Shown here: positions 9,923 to 19,626 of the stretch, in pieces
Numbering within the stretch: the first letter of the stretch is position 1
How the letters are laid out: every line of letters starts with the position of its first letter
Assembly (NCBI GenBank): GCA_043513725.1
Contig: CP121338.1
Span: forward strand, 2,668,838 to 2,732,837
Source: Oceanicaulis sp.
GTDB taxonomy: Bacteria > Pseudomonadota > Alphaproteobacteria > Caulobacterales > Maricaulaceae
Length of the DNA: 64,000 bases
Direction of reading: 5' to 3'
Position numbers and translations under genes: made by a program
Notes under the pieces: model-generated
Databases searched by the model: none
Told to the model about the DNA's origin: nothing
What the model saw: only the letters and a program-made list of their open reading frames with translations

Positions 9923-10276
9923 ATGAGCGACGCGCCTTCACATCCGGCCTCACGTGGCCCGGTTCTGGTCACGATGGGCGATACAGTGCCCGGTCGTGAG
10001 ATTGAGGGCGTGATCGGGATTGCCCGCGGCTCTGTTGTGCGCGCACGCTTCTTCGGACGCGATTTTATTGCTGGTCTGCGCAATCTGGTGGGCGGTGAAG
10101 TCACCGAATACACCCAGCTGATGGCCGAAGCGCGCGAGCAGGCGCTGGGTCGCCTCGTCGCGCACGCCGAACAGCTGGGCGCTGACGCCGTTGTGACCTT
10201 CCGCTTTTCAACGAGCGCGGTCATGGAAGGCTCGGCAGAAATTCTGGCCTACGGTACGGCGGTCAAGCTCAAATGA
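9923..10276 (+). CDS. YbjQ family (UPF0145) protein
   Basis: 117 aa from the ATG at 9923 (GGGGA upstream). Typical YbjQ sequence ..IEGVIGIARGSVVRARFFGRDFIAGLRNLVGGEV..YGTAVKL. Confidence 0.8.
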   Translation: MSDAPSHPASRGPVLVTMGDTVPGREIEGVIGIARGSVVRARFFGRDFIAGLRNLVGGEVTEYTQLMAEAREQALGRLVAHAEQLGADAVVTFRFSTSAVMEGSAEILAYGTAVKLK

Positions 10277-11028
10277 TTGATATCGCGACTCGAATGATAC
10301 GCAGGGGTTTTGACGAGATTGGCGAGATTGGCCGCTTTCTGCTTGGGGTGGCCGGCGTGTGGCTGGTGCTCGTTACCTTCATTTTCGCTGCCTTCCACAT
10401 TCCGTCCATGAGCATGCAGCCGGGGCTTCAGGTCGGCGACCGCGTACTCGTGTCGAAATTCTCCTACGGCTATTCGCGCCATTCACTGCCGCTGGGCATT
10501 GGCTACATGCTGCCGGAAAGCTGGTCCGGGCGGATTTTTGGCCGCATGCCGGAACCGGGCGATGTGGTCGTGGTGCGTGATCCCGGCCAGGGCATCAATC
10601 TGATCAAGCGCGTTATTGGTCGTCCCGGCGACCGGATCGAGATGCGCGGCGGACGGCTCTACATCAATGGCGAGCCGACCCAGCGCGAGCCGCAGGGCGT
10701 CGTGCGCTACCGCAATTCACGCGGCGTGGTGGTCGAGGCGGCCGTCTATGAAGAGACGCTGCCCAATGGTGAGAGCTTCACCATCTATGAGCGCTCCGAC
10801 AATGCGCCGCTGGACAATGTCGGCCCCTTTGTGGTGCCCGCAAACAATCTCTTTCTGATGGGCGATAATCGCGACGAGAGTGCGGACAGCCGTCAGGCGG
10901 GCGGGCTGGGTTATGTCCACAATGACGAAGTCGTAGGCCAGGCCTGGACGGTTCTGTTCACCTTCGCCTCCTGCCGTGAGGAAGAGGGACTGACCTGTCC
11001 TGAATGGCGGGTCTGGCGCGGGCTCTAG
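10273..11028 (+). CDS. lepB: signal peptidase I
   Basis: Catalytic Ser box IPSMSMQPGL, Lys box LIKRVIGRPGD, and GDNRDESADSR. The start ATG overlaps the ybjQ stop (ATGA). Confidence 0.85.
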   Translation: MIDIATRMIRRGFDEIGEIGRFLLGVAGVWLVLVTFIFAAFHIPSMSMQPGLQVGDRVLVSKFSYGYSRHSLPLGIGYMLPESWSGRIFGRMPEPGDVVVVRDPGQGINLIKRVIGRPGDRIEMRGGRLYINGEPTQREPQGVVRYRNSRGVVVEAAVYEETLPNGESFTIYERSDNAPLDNVGPFVVPANNLFLMGDNRDESADSRQAGGLGYVHNDEVVGQAWTVLFTFASCREEEGLTCPEWRVWRGL

Positions 11029-11072
11029 GCTCGGTCTAGCCTGCCTCAAAACCAAACTTCGGGAGGCAGGCC

Positions 11073-11933
11073 ATGAGCCTTAAAGGCAAGACCATCTTCA
11101 TCACCGGCGGGAGTCGCGGGATCGGCGAAGCCATTGCGGTTCGTTGCGCTCAAGACGGCGCAAACGTGGCGATTGCGGCCAAAACCGCTGAACCTCACCC
11201 CAAGCTGCCGGGCACCATCCACACCGCCGCTGCCGCAATTGAAAAGGCGGGCGGAAAGGCGCTGCCCATCGTCTGCGATATCCGCGAAGAGGATCAGGTT
11301 GAGGCTGCTGTCGCCCAGACGGTGGAGGCTTTTGGCGGCATCGACATTGTGGTGAACAACGCCTCGGCCATTTTCCCGATGCCCACCAAGGACACGCCGA
11401 TCAAGCGCTGGGACCTGATGCATCAGGTCAATGCACGCGGCACCTTCCTGGTGACCCAGAAATGCCTGCCTTATCTGGAAAAATCTGAGAACCCTCACAT
11501 CCTGGCGCTGTCGCCGCCGTTGGATATGAGCACGAAATGGTTTGCGCCCCATGTCGCCTACACCAGCGCCAAATACGGCATGAGCCTGTGCATTCTGGGC
11601 TGGGCGGGTGAATTCCAGGGCAAGATCGCGGCGAATGCCATCTGGCCGCGCACGGCCATCGCCACGGCTGCCATCTCCAACGTGCTGGCTGGTGAAGAGG
11701 CGATGAAGCAGTGCCGCAAGCCTGAAATCCTGGCTGAAACCGCCTACCGCGTGCTGACCAAGCCCGCAGCGGAGTTCACCGGCAACTTCATCATCGACGA
11801 CACCTTCCTGGTGTCTGAAGGCGTCACAGATCTCGATCAATATTCGATGGAACCTGGCACCGAGCTTCTGCCCGACTTCTTCGTGCCCGATGATGTGCCT
11901 GTGCCAGACGGCGTGAAGATCATGAAGTTTTAG
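11073..11933 (+). CDS. SDR family NAD(P)-dependent oxidoreductase (HSDL2-like)
   Basis: Has TGGSRGIG, NNAS and YTSAKYG motifs, plus a ..AAKTAEPHPKLPGTIHTAA.. segment typical of HSDL2-type SDRs. Confidence 0.85.
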   Translation: MSLKGKTIFITGGSRGIGEAIAVRCAQDGANVAIAAKTAEPHPKLPGTIHTAAAAIEKAGGKALPIVCDIREEDQVEAAVAQTVEAFGGIDIVVNNASAIFPMPTKDTPIKRWDLMHQVNARGTFLVTQKCLPYLEKSENPHILALSPPLDMSTKWFAPHVAYTSAKYGMSLCILGWAGEFQGKIAANAIWPRTAIATAAISNVLAGEEAMKQCRKPEILAETAYRVLTKPAAEFTGNFIIDDTFLVSEGVTDLDQYSMEPGTELLPDFFVPDDVPVPDGVKIMKF

Positions 11934-11987
11934 GGGCGATCAGCGACGCAAATGACGCCGTCAGCCTGAGTGCATCCGTCCGAAGGC

Positions 11988-12536
11988 TCAGTCAATGGAG
12001 GCGACACACTGCAAGAGGCGTTGTCCTGCATTCTCGAAGTCACTCAGGTCGAAGGTATAGGCAAGGTCTTCATTGTCACCGGTAGGACTGACGGTCAGGC
12101 TGTCTGCTTGCATGAGAATATCAACGGCGGCAGGGTTCGTATTGATTTCCACCTCCATTGACGGCGGCCCGCCGAACATCCCGATTGAACTTGAACGGCT
12201 CTTTAGGTCCCCCCGGATTGCGATCGGAGCTTCGCCGTCGATGGCAAGGTTTAACGAGGTCTCACCCGCCGCCCCTGTGGAATGCAGCGCTTGCCGCCTG
12301 GGACCGTCAAAAGTCTCGTAAATGAGATAGGTTTCAGCCTCGATGAGGGTGGTGTCTTTGAATCGACGGATAGTCAGATAGTTCCGATCATTCCCTCCCA
12401 GCTGCACCTCGCAGAAAATCCCGTGCTTGCTCACCTCCCATCCCGGCGCGGAGGCAAAGCTCTCTTGGGCAACAAATGTGGAATTGGCTGTGACCATAGC
12501 GACAGCGGTCGCAAGTGCAGAAAGTAGCGTCATCAA
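11988..12536 (-). CDS. hypothetical exported protein
   Basis: 182 aa with an N-terminal hydrophobic signal-like segment, MMTLLSALATAVAMVTA. No recognisable domain. Confidence 0.5.
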   Translation of the reverse strand: MMTLLSALATAVAMVTANSTFVAQESFASAPGWEVSKHGIFCEVQLGGNDRNYLTIRRFKDTTLIEAETYLIYETFDGPRRQALHSTGAAGETSLNLAIDGEAPIAIRGDLKSRSSSIGMFGGPPSMEVEINTNPAAVDILMQADSLTVSPTGDNEDLAYTFDLSDFENAGQRLLQCVASID

Positions 12537-12672
12537 TCGATTGTCCCCTTTGTTTCAACAATTATGTCGATGGACTCGTGTCGTGCCAATGGGGTGAGCC
12601 AAGACGGAACGAAACGCGGGCCAATAAGCCGAAATTGCCGGTTGCACGTTTTGGCGCAAGAGCATGAATGAG

Positions 12673-12700
12673 AAAGGCCGGGCGCTCTGCCCGGCCTTTT
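12673..12700 (-). terminator. intrinsic terminator downstream of icd
   Basis: GC-rich hairpin AAAGGCCGGGC-gctct-GCCCGGCCTTTT, 28 nt after the icd stop. Confidence 0.6.
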
Positions 12701-12727
12701 CAATTCTGCGTCGGATGAGGGGGGAGC

Positions 12728-13948
12728 TTACCCTTCCGCCATCACCGCGGCGAAGCGCTCACCGACCTTGTCGAGGAAGCCTTCGGTGGAGAGCCAGCCC
12801 TGGCGGTCGCCGACGAGCAGGGCGAGGTCCTTGGTCATGAAGCCCGCCTCCACCGTCTTCACCACGGTCTCTTCCAGCTTCGCCGCAAAGCCCATCACAG
12901 CCTCATTGCCGTCCATCTTGCCGCGGTGGTGCAGGGCCTGAGTCCAGGCAAAGATCGACGCGATGGAGTTGGTGGAGGTGCTCTCGCCGGCCTGGTGCTG
13001 GCGATAGTGGCGGGTCACCGTGCCGTGGGCGGCTTCAGCCTCTACCGTCTTGCCATCCGGCGTCATAAGGACAGAGGTCATAAGGCCCAACGAGCCAAAG
13101 CCCTGAGCGACCGTGTCGGACTGCACGTCGCCATCGTAGTTTTTACAGGCCCAGACAAAGCCGCCATTCCACTTCAGGGCGGAGGCGACCATGTCGTCGA
13201 TCAGGCGGTGCTCGTACCAGATCTTCTTGGCCTCGAACTGGTCCTTGAATTCAGCCTCATAGACCTCCTGGAAGATGTCCTTGAAGCGCCCGTCATAGGC
13301 TTTCAGGATGGTGTTCTTGGTGGACAGATAGACCGGCCAGCCGCGCTCCAGGCCATAGCGCAGGGAGGCGCGGGCAAAGTCGCGAATGCTTTCATCCACG
13401 TTATACATGCCCATCGCCACGCCGGGCTCGGTAAACTCGTAGACATCCTTGGTGATGGGCTCACCACCATCGTTAGGGGTGAAGGTCAGGGTCAGCTTGC
13501 CGGCGCCCGGCACGCGCATGTCGCTGGCCTTGTACTGGTCACCAAAGGCGTGGCGACCGATCACGATGGGACGGGTCCAGCCCGGCACGAGGCGCGGGAC
13601 ATTTTTGATCACGATCGGCTCGCGGAAGACCACACCGCCCAGCACGTTGCGGATCGTGCCGTTGGGGGAGCGCCACATCTTTTTAAGGCCGAACTCCTCC
13701 ACGCGGGCTTCGTCCGGCGTGATGGTCGCGCATTTCACGCCCACGCCGTGATGCTTGATGGCTTCGGCGGCTTCCACCGTGATCTGGTCGTCGGTCGCGT
13801 CCCGCTTCTGGATCGAGAGGTCGAAATATTTCAGATCGATATCCAGATAGGGCAGGATCAGCTTTTCCTTGATCAGCGCCCAGATGATGCGAGTCATCTC
13901 GTCGCCATCAAGTTCCACAATCGGGTTGTCGACTTTGATCTTTGCCAT
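12728..13948 (-). CDS. icd: NADP-dependent isocitrate dehydrogenase (homodimeric, eukaryote-like type)
   Basis: 406 aa. Sequence [22 protein letters not shown]...KCATITPDE...[15 protein letters not shown].. is unmistakable IDH1/2-like sequence. Confidence 0.95.
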   Translation of the reverse strand: MAKIKVDNPIVELDGDEMTRIIWALIKEKLILPYLDIDLKYFDLSIQKRDATDDQITVEAAEAIKHHGVGVKCATITPDEARVEEFGLKKMWRSPNGTIRNVLGGVVFREPIVIKNVPRLVPGWTRPIVIGRHAFGDQYKASDMRVPGAGKLTLTFTPNDGGEPITKDVYEFTEPGVAMGMYNVDESIRDFARASLRYGLERGWPVYLSTKNTILKAYDGRFKDIFQEVYEAEFKDQFEAKKIWYEHRLIDDMVASALKWNGGFVWACKNYDGDVQSDTVAQGFGSLGLMTSVLMTPDGKTVEAEAAHGTVTRHYRQHQAGESTSTNSIASIFAWTQALHHRGKMDGNEAVMGFAAKLEETVVKTVEAGFMTKDLALLVGDRQGWLSTEGFLDKVGERFAAVMAEG

Positions 13949-14082
13949 GGGGGAGAGCCTTTCTTATCTTCGCGATCCAGCGCGCGAGAACTGAGATTTT
14001 CGCGCGGTCTAGCATTGACTTCGCACCTGCAAAAGAGCGCTGATGCGCACACCCCGATTTTGACCCTGATTAAAGCCTGAAA

Positions 14083-14835
14083 ATGCCCGCACAGCCTGAC
14101 ACCGCGCCCGTCTTCATCCTCGTGGGGCCCCAGATGGGCGAGAATATCGGTGCGTGTGCGCGGGTCATGGGCAATTTTGGCATTCCCGAAATGCGCATCG
14201 TCAATCCGCGCGATGGCTGGCCCAACGAAAAGGCCGACGCCATGTCGGCCGGCTCACCGGTACTGAAAAACGCTCAGCTGTTCGACAGTCTCAACGAGGC
14301 CGTAGCCGATTGCCACGTGCTCTACGCCTCAACCGGCACGCCGCGCAACATGGTCAAACCCACGGTCACCGCCCGCGAGGCCTGCGCTCGTGCGCGCGCC
14401 GAGATCGCGGCGGGCCAAAAGGTCGCCATCCTGTTCGGGGCGGAGAAATCCGGGCTTGATAACGATCAGATCACGCTCGCCGATGCGGTGCTCGCTCTGC
14501 CGGTCGACCCGGAGTTTTCCAGCCTGAATCTCGCCATGGCTTGCGGCGTCATCGCCCACGAATGGCGCGCTGGAGACCCGCCGCCGGCGGGCTTCAAACC
14601 GGTTGAGGATCGCGCCAGCCAGGCTGAGCTGGAGGGGCTTTACACCCACCTCCATGACGAGCTGCAGCGCTCGGGCTTCTTCTACCCGCCTGAGAAAACA
14701 CCGCTGATGATGCAAAACCTCATCAATCTGTTTGCCCGGGCCTCGGCCACCGTTCAGGAAGTCCGCACCATGCGCGGCGTGATAAAGGGGCTGGCGATCG
14801 GGCGTGGCAAGGCGAGGGTGGAGCGCCAGGATTGA
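14083..14835 (+). CDS. SpoU/TrmH-class RNA 2'-O-methyltransferase (TrmJ/LasT-like)
   Basis: Has ..ILVGPQMGENIGACARVMGNFG.. and ..FGAEKSGL..SSLNLAMACGVI.. SPOUT motifs. Confidence 0.8.
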   Translation: MPAQPDTAPVFILVGPQMGENIGACARVMGNFGIPEMRIVNPRDGWPNEKADAMSAGSPVLKNAQLFDSLNEAVADCHVLYASTGTPRNMVKPTVTAREACARARAEIAAGQKVAILFGAEKSGLDNDQITLADAVLALPVDPEFSSLNLAMACGVIAHEWRAGDPPPAGFKPVEDRASQAELEGLYTHLHDELQRSGFFYPPEKTPLMMQNLINLFARASATVQEVRTMRGVIKGLAIGRGKARVERQD

Positions 14836-14869
14836 CGCTTCTGGCGTATGGTGGCGATCCTTGAGGCTC

Positions 14870-15310
14870 ATGAGCGACACTCTCGTCAAAACCCACAAGG
14901 CCGACAGCCCGCTGGCAGACCTTGTCGAAGCGCCGGAGGCTGAGCCGCACGCGCGCTGGCGTCTGGTGGTGCCGCTGATTCATAACCCGGACGAAAAATG
15001 GACCGGGGTCGCCTTTCCTGAATACAGCGGAGGCCTCATGAGTGAGCGTCTCACCATGCAGTTTTATGACCGGAAGAACCGGTCGGCGGGTATTCTTGTG
15101 GACCTGGAGGGGGCCACGGTGGGTGCCACGCTGACCCTGACCATTTTCATGATCGATACGCCGTTTCGGCATGGCGAAGTCGTGTGCACCGGTGAGCGGG
15201 TAGACCAGGACTTCATTGAAGGCCCGTTTGAGATGGCCTGCGTAAACCCTGCCAAGTGTAACTGTGGCGGGATGCGCGGGACGTTCTGGATGCGCAAGGA
15301 GCACCCGTGA
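14870..15310 (+). CDS. hypothetical protein
   Basis: 146 aa from the ATG at 14870 (MSDTLVKT..). The ORF-track start at 14804 would overlap the preceding gene. No recognised domain. The C-terminal region has CxC (..AKCNCGGMRG..). Confidence 0.5.
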   Translation: MSDTLVKTHKADSPLADLVEAPEAEPHARWRLVVPLIHNPDEKWTGVAFPEYSGGLMSERLTMQFYDRKNRSAGILVDLEGATVGATLTLTIFMIDTPFRHGEVVCTGERVDQDFIEGPFEMACVNPAKCNCGGMRGTFWMRKEHP

Positions 15311-15669
15311 CGCCCGAACACTCGCGCCGCATCGAAGCCTATATCGCCGAGTTTCAGGCCGATTTGCCAGGGCCGGCGCAGGTCGCACTTTATAATCTGA
15401 TCGATGCATTCCTCGCGGCGAAGGGTCAGCTCACCGCCAGCGTCCATCACGGTATTGATGCCTATCTTGATGCCATGGACGCTCCTGCGCTGAAACAGCC
15501 GCCGGCGCGCGCCTATGTGGAGCGCAGCTTCACCACTCCGGTGCAAACGGCCAATTTCATGTTCTTTGCCAACGCAAAGGACGAGGTGTCGCCGACCGAT
15601 TACGCAGAGCTGCGCCGCTGTGTCATCGACCCCATCGTGGCCGATGTCTGGCTGGACCTGTTAATGTAA
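15307..15669 (+). CDS. hypothetical protein
   Basis: 120 aa. The GTG start overlaps the upstream stop (GTGA), so it is translationally coupled to 14870..15310. No recognised domain. Confidence 0.5.
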   Translation: MTPEHSRRIEAYIAEFQADLPGPAQVALYNLIDAFLAAKGQLTASVHHGIDAYLDAMDAPALKQPPARAYVERSFTTPVQTANFMFFANAKDEVSPTDYAELRRCVIDPIVADVWLDLLM

Positions 15670-15745
15670 GGCGTTGAGCCTTGCCGCATTGTCCCGCCGG
15701 ACCGGTCTGCTATAGCTGGAAGCTAATTCTCACCACCCGAGCCGC

Positions 15746-16399
15746 TTGATGTTGCAGACTGTCACTCGTCGATTTGGCCGACTTTCGCCGCCGGACTGGA
15801 TCTTCATGCCGCTTTACGCGCTGGGGGTGGCAGGTCTGATCTATCTGGCGCTGAGCTGGCGACCGGCGGGGGCCGAAGCGGTGGTCACGGAGACCTCCTA
15901 TACGCTCGCCGGCCGGGCTCTGGCGCAGATGGTGCCCGGGGCCGGAACGACGCTCCAGCTTCTGACCAGTTCTGAAGACGATATTGTGGTGCGTTTGAGC
16001 GCCGAGGCGAGCTTTGAGGTGGGGCGTCAGAACTCACCAGGCATTGTTGCTGTGCTTCCAGCCGAGTTTGAACGCCGCGCCATTGGCCAGCGCGTCAGGG
16101 TCGAGTTCGATGTGCGCCGTGCGCCGGACAACGGCTCTGAAGAAGCCCGGATCAGCTATTTCACCGTCGGGCATGGAGCCAGCGGCTGGCAGCCCGCCGA
16201 TATTGGCGAGGACTGGTCCACGATCGGGCTCTGCTATCAGCTGCGCGACACTGCCGTGGCCAATGACAATGAGCTGGTGGGTATCTGGCCGGACCTGCGC
16301 GGGGGCGGGCGCTCGCTCCTTCTGCGTGAGGTGCGCGTGGTGATCGAACCTGAAGGTACCGGCCAGGGCGAATGCCAGGCGCGCATTGGTGCGGGGTAG
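15746..16399 (+). CDS. hypothetical membrane-anchored protein
   Basis: 217 aa with one N-terminal TM segment (..WIFMPLYALGVAGLIYLALSW..). TTG at 15746 or ATG at 15749. No recognised domain. Confidence 0.5.
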   Translation: MMLQTVTRRFGRLSPPDWIFMPLYALGVAGLIYLALSWRPAGAEAVVTETSYTLAGRALAQMVPGAGTTLQLLTSSEDDIVVRLSAEASFEVGRQNSPGIVAVLPAEFERRAIGQRVRVEFDVRRAPDNGSEEARISYFTVGHGASGWQPADIGEDWSTIGLCYQLRDTAVANDNELVGIWPDLRGGGRSLLLREVRVVIEPEGTGQGECQARIGAG

Positions 16400-16586
16400 C
16401 GGGCCGTGCGCCCAAATGCCCTTGCCTGATTGACTTTGACGATCCCTTCCACCATAACCCGCGCTTCCCTTAAGGCAGCGACTTTCGCTGGCCGCTCGTG
16501 AACCTCCAACGGGCGACGCGTGAACCGCCGTTTTGATTGCGAAATTGAAGGGGATTTCGCCGGGCCGCGTCGAAGATAGGAAGACT

Positions 16587-17204
16587 ATGTCAAAGCGTCA
16601 TTCGCAGAAGTACAAGCTTGATCGCCGCATGGGCGAGAACATCTGGGGCCGCTCCAAGTCCCCGGTCAACAACCGTCCCTACGGCCCCGGTCAGCACGGC
16701 CAGCGCCGCGCCGGCAAGATGTCGGACTTCGGTCTGCAGCTGCGCGCCAAGCAGAAGCTGAAGGGCTATTACGGCAACATAACCGAGAAGCAGTTCAAGC
16801 GCACCTATGTTGAGGCCCAGCGCCGCAAGGGTAACACCGCTGAGAATCTGATCGGTCTGCTGGAAAGCCGTCTGGACGCGATCGTCTACCGCGCCAAGTT
16901 CGTGCCGACCGTTTTTGCGGCACGCCAGTTCGTCAACCACGGTCACGTGAAGGTCAATGGCCAGCGCGTGAACATCCCGTCCTACCGCGTGAAGCCGGGC
17001 GACGTTGTGGAAGTTCGCGAGAAGTCGCGCTCCATGGCTCTGGTTCTCGAAGCTCTGGGCAGCCCGGAACGCGATGTACCGGATTATCTGGACCTCGATC
17101 CGAAGGCGATGACGGCCACCTTCACCCGTATTCCGGAATTCAACGAAGTTCCGTACCCGGTGAAGATGGAGCCGAACCTCGTGGTCGAATTCTACTCCTC
17201 GTAA
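16587..17204 (+). CDS. rpsD: 30S ribosomal protein S4
   Basis: 205 aa from the ATG at 16587 (AGGAAG upstream). [22 protein letters not shown]... with a C-terminal S4 RNA-binding domain. Confidence 0.95.
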   Translation: MSKRHSQKYKLDRRMGENIWGRSKSPVNNRPYGPGQHGQRRAGKMSDFGLQLRAKQKLKGYYGNITEKQFKRTYVEAQRRKGNTAENLIGLLESRLDAIVYRAKFVPTVFAARQFVNHGHVKVNGQRVNIPSYRVKPGDVVEVREKSRSMALVLEALGSPERDVPDYLDLDPKAMTATFTRIPEFNEVPYPVKMEPNLVVEFYSS

Positions 17205-17228
17205 TTGCTCGAGGACGACACCGAATGG

Positions 17229-17265
17229 AAAAGCCCGCTGCTTCGGCAGCGGGCTTTTTTGTTTT
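17229..17265 (+). terminator. intrinsic terminator of rpsD
   Basis: Hairpin AAAGCCCGCTGC-ttcg-GCAGCGGGCTTTTTTGTTTT, directly after the rpsD stop. Confidence 0.75.
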
Positions 17266-17329
17266 CACCCTGTCGCGGCGCGCTGAGCATGGTTAAGCTG
17301 AACACCTGACGATGAGGGGTGATCGACAC

Positions 17330-17728
17330 ATGACACGGATTGGCTGGGCGGGTTTGGCCCTTGCAGGTGCGATGCTGACCGGTTGCGGTCACACGCCGGA
17401 TACACCGCCGGTAGGACCGGGCCCCAATTATGAAGATGTATTGGCGTGGCGTCAGAATGCGGCCGGCGATCTGGTTGTGCGCGTGTATTCGAATGGCTGC
17501 ACCAACAAGGACAGCTTTGATGCCATCGCCACGGGCTCACCGCGCTCAGGCTGGTCCTTTGATGTCACGCTGGAGCGGCTCTACCCCGATGAGTGTGAAG
17601 CCATTCTGCCCCAGGGCGTGGAGCTGGTCTGGACGCGCGACGAGCTGGGACTGCCGCCCAGTGCCGAGATTGAGCTGACCAACCGGGTCGATACGTTTCG
17701 CACCGTGCCGCCACAGCCTGTCGGGTAG
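17330..17728 (+). CDS. hypothetical lipoprotein
   Basis: Signal peptide plus lipobox MTRIGWAGLALAGAMLTGC. No recognised domain. Confidence 0.55.
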   Translation: MTRIGWAGLALAGAMLTGCGHTPDTPPVGPGPNYEDVLAWRQNAAGDLVVRVYSNGCTNKDSFDAIATGSPRSGWSFDVTLERLYPDECEAILPQGVELVWTRDELGLPPSAEIELTNRVDTFRTVPPQPVG

Positions 17729-17809
17729 GCCTGAATACAAGGCTGCGAACAAAAAATGGCCCGGCAAGACCGGGCCATTTTCTTGAACGCTGCGACGTTG
17801 GCCGATGCC

Positions 17810-18142
17810 TTAAGCCTCGACCAGGCCTTCGTCCTTGAACAGTTGCTGAAGCTCGCCCTGCTCGAACATCTCCTTGATGATGTCGCAGCCACCGACGAAC
17901 TCGCCCTTCACGTAGAGCTGGGGGATGGTCGGCCAGTCAGAGAATTCCTTGATGCCTTCGCGCACGTCGTGATCGTCGAGCACGTTCACCGCAGCGTATT
18001 CCACGCCAATGTGGTTGAGCACCTGGGCCACGACGGAGGAGAAACCGCACTGCGGGAAGGTCGGCGTGCCCTTCATGAACAGGACGACGTCGTTATCGGT
18101 CACGGCTTTTTTGATGGCATCAAGAGTGGCGGCGTCAGTCAT
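17810..18142 (-). CDS. grxD: Grx4-family monothiol glutaredoxin
   Basis: Has the CGFS active site (..[11 protein letters not shown]..) and ..[18 protein letters not shown]... The ATG at 18140-18142 has GGAG 6 nt upstream. Confidence 0.9.
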   Translation of the reverse strand: MTDAATLDAIKKAVTDNDVVLFMKGTPTFPQCGFSSVVAQVLNHIGVEYAAVNVLDDHDVREGIKEFSDWPTIPQLYVKGEFVGGCDIIKEMFEQGELQQLFKDEGLVEA

Positions 18143-18229
18143 GGTCTGCTCCAGAGCAAGAAAAGTCTTAGTGACCACACGTGGGCGATCAGCGAGGGCG
18201 CGTCAAGGCACGTGAATGTGAGCCGCCAG

Positions 18230-18460
18230 TCAGGGCGTGCGGGTTTCCAGCGCTAGCGCATGCAGCTCCCCGCCCATGCGACCCTTCAGGGCGGCATAGA
18301 CCATCTGGTGCTGCTTGACCCGGTTCACGCCTTCAAAGGCTGCAGACGTCACGACTGCTTTATAGTGATCGCCGTCGCCGGCCAGATCGATGATCTCCAC
18401 CTCGGCGTCTTCAATCCCCTCCTTGATGAGGGCAGTGATGTCGTCGGCCTTCATGGGCAT
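18230..18460 (-). CDS. BolA/IbaG family protein
   Basis: The C-terminal 76 aa of the 164-aa track ORF (MPMKADDITALIKEGI..GDGDHYKAVVTSAAFEG..RVKQHQMVY..ALAL.T) are BolA-like. The upstream extension lacks coding character. Adjacent to grxD, as usual. Confidence 0.85.
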   Translation of the reverse strand: MPMKADDITALIKEGIEDAEVEIIDLAGDGDHYKAVVTSAAFEGVNRVKQHQMVYAALKGRMGGELHALALETRTP

Positions 18461-18539
18461 TGGCGTCATCCTTCTTTGCGCGCTACACCTTGCAATATAA
18501 GCGGTTCGCCGCCCCACGCCATCCATGGAGCCGCACCTC

Positions 18540-19571
18540 ATGCGCAGTCTTGTCCTTCTGTCCTCAGTTTCTCTCCTGACCCTTGCCGCCTGCGGCGCAC
18601 CTGAGGGGGAGGCCGATCTGACCGTCGGTGACATGCAGATCATGCCGGAGGGTACAGAGTACTGCTTCGAAAGCGAGATGAGCGATGCCCTGCGCGATGT
18701 GTGCGTGCTCAGCTCGGACGTCATGGAGGGGCGCCTCGTCGGGACCGAAGCGAACGCCAGAGCACGTGACTATCTGCTCGCCCGCTATGAAGCGGTCGGT
18801 CTTGAGCCGGTGGGTGACAGCTTCGTCCATGCCTTTGATTTTGAGCGTCCGGTGGACTTCCGCAACCCCGATGCTGGCCGTGAAAGCTTGACCGGGTACA
18901 ACATCATCGCGCGCATTCCCGGTGCCGATGCCAGCCGGACGATGGCTGTGACAGCCCACTATGACCATGTGGGTCCGGGCGAAAACAACGAGATCTTCAA
19001 TGGTGCCGATGACAACGCGTCGGGGGTCGGCGGCATTCTGGCGGTGGCGGAGCATTTCCTGGCCAATCCGCCCGAGCATGACGTGCTGATCATCGCCTTC
19101 GACGCGGAGGAGGGCGGGCTCAACGGAGCGCGGGCCTTTGTTGATAATCCGCCTGAGGGCGTGGGGCCGGTCACGCTGAACCTCAATCTCGACATGCTGG
19201 GCTACAGCCCGGACGGCGATATCTGGGCGGCGGGCAGTTACCATACGCCGGAGCTTCTGCCGGTGATCGAGGCTGCGGCTGCGGACGCCAGCGTGACGCT
19301 TGAGGCGGGCTACGACTTCCCGACCGGCGATCCGCGCGAAGACTGGACTCTTCTGTCAGATCACGGCCCCTTCCACGTGGCGGGCATCCCGTTCATTTAT
19401 CTGGGCGTTGAAGATCACGAGCATTACCACCAGCCGAGTGACGAATTCGGGATCATTGATCCGGACTTCTACAACGGTGTGGTGGCGCTCAGCGTTGATC
19501 TGGCCGAGCGCATGGACACAGTCCATGCCACGCTGCCCATGCCGTCGGTTACAGAGACTGAAGCCGAATAG
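18540..19571 (+). CDS. M28 family metallopeptidase (lipoprotein)
   Basis: Lipobox ..LLTLAAC. M28 motifs ..AHYDHVGPG.., ..NGADDNASGVG.., ..FDAEEGGL.GA.., ..SDH.PF... Confidence 0.8.
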   Translation: MRSLVLLSSVSLLTLAACGAPEGEADLTVGDMQIMPEGTEYCFESEMSDALRDVCVLSSDVMEGRLVGTEANARARDYLLARYEAVGLEPVGDSFVHAFDFERPVDFRNPDAGRESLTGYNIIARIPGADASRTMAVTAHYDHVGPGENNEIFNGADDNASGVGGILAVAEHFLANPPEHDVLIIAFDAEEGGLNGARAFVDNPPEGVGPVTLNLNLDMLGYSPDGDIWAAGSYHTPELLPVIEAAAADASVTLEAGYDFPTGDPREDWTLLSDHGPFHVAGIPFIYLGVEDHEHYHQPSDEFGIIDPDFYNGVVALSVDLAERMDTVHATLPMPSVTETEAE

Positions 19572-19596
19572 GGCCAGTCACCCTTACACAATGGGA

Positions 19597-19626
19597 AAGG
19601 GCGGCCGGTGGGCCGCCCTTTTTTTA
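19597..19626. terminator. bidirectional intrinsic terminator between convergent genes
   Basis: Hairpin AAGGGCGGCC-ggtg-GGCCGCCCTT followed by T7. Lies between the peptidase stop and the stop of the coiled-coil gene. Confidence 0.65.

Noticed and set aside
12926-14080. 384-aa ORF on the plus strand
   Set aside because: It is entirely antisense to the unambiguous icd gene. Its composition is low-complexity and G/A/R/H-rich, typical of shadow ORFs in GC-rich DNA, and it has no motif.
16400-16586. Possible structured autoregulatory leader or promoter upstream of rpsD
   Set aside because: I found a plausible TTGACT...ACCATAAC promoter-like pair (16430-16458). I found no convincing conserved structure by eye, so the evidence is too weak to report as a feature.
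18461-18724. N-terminal 88-codon extension of the BolA ORF (164-aa track ORF)
   Set aside because: The extension is Arg/Ser/Cys-rich with no coding character, and it overlaps the divergent promoter and 5' end of the M28 peptidase gene. BolA homology starts at MPMKADD, which has its own RBS.
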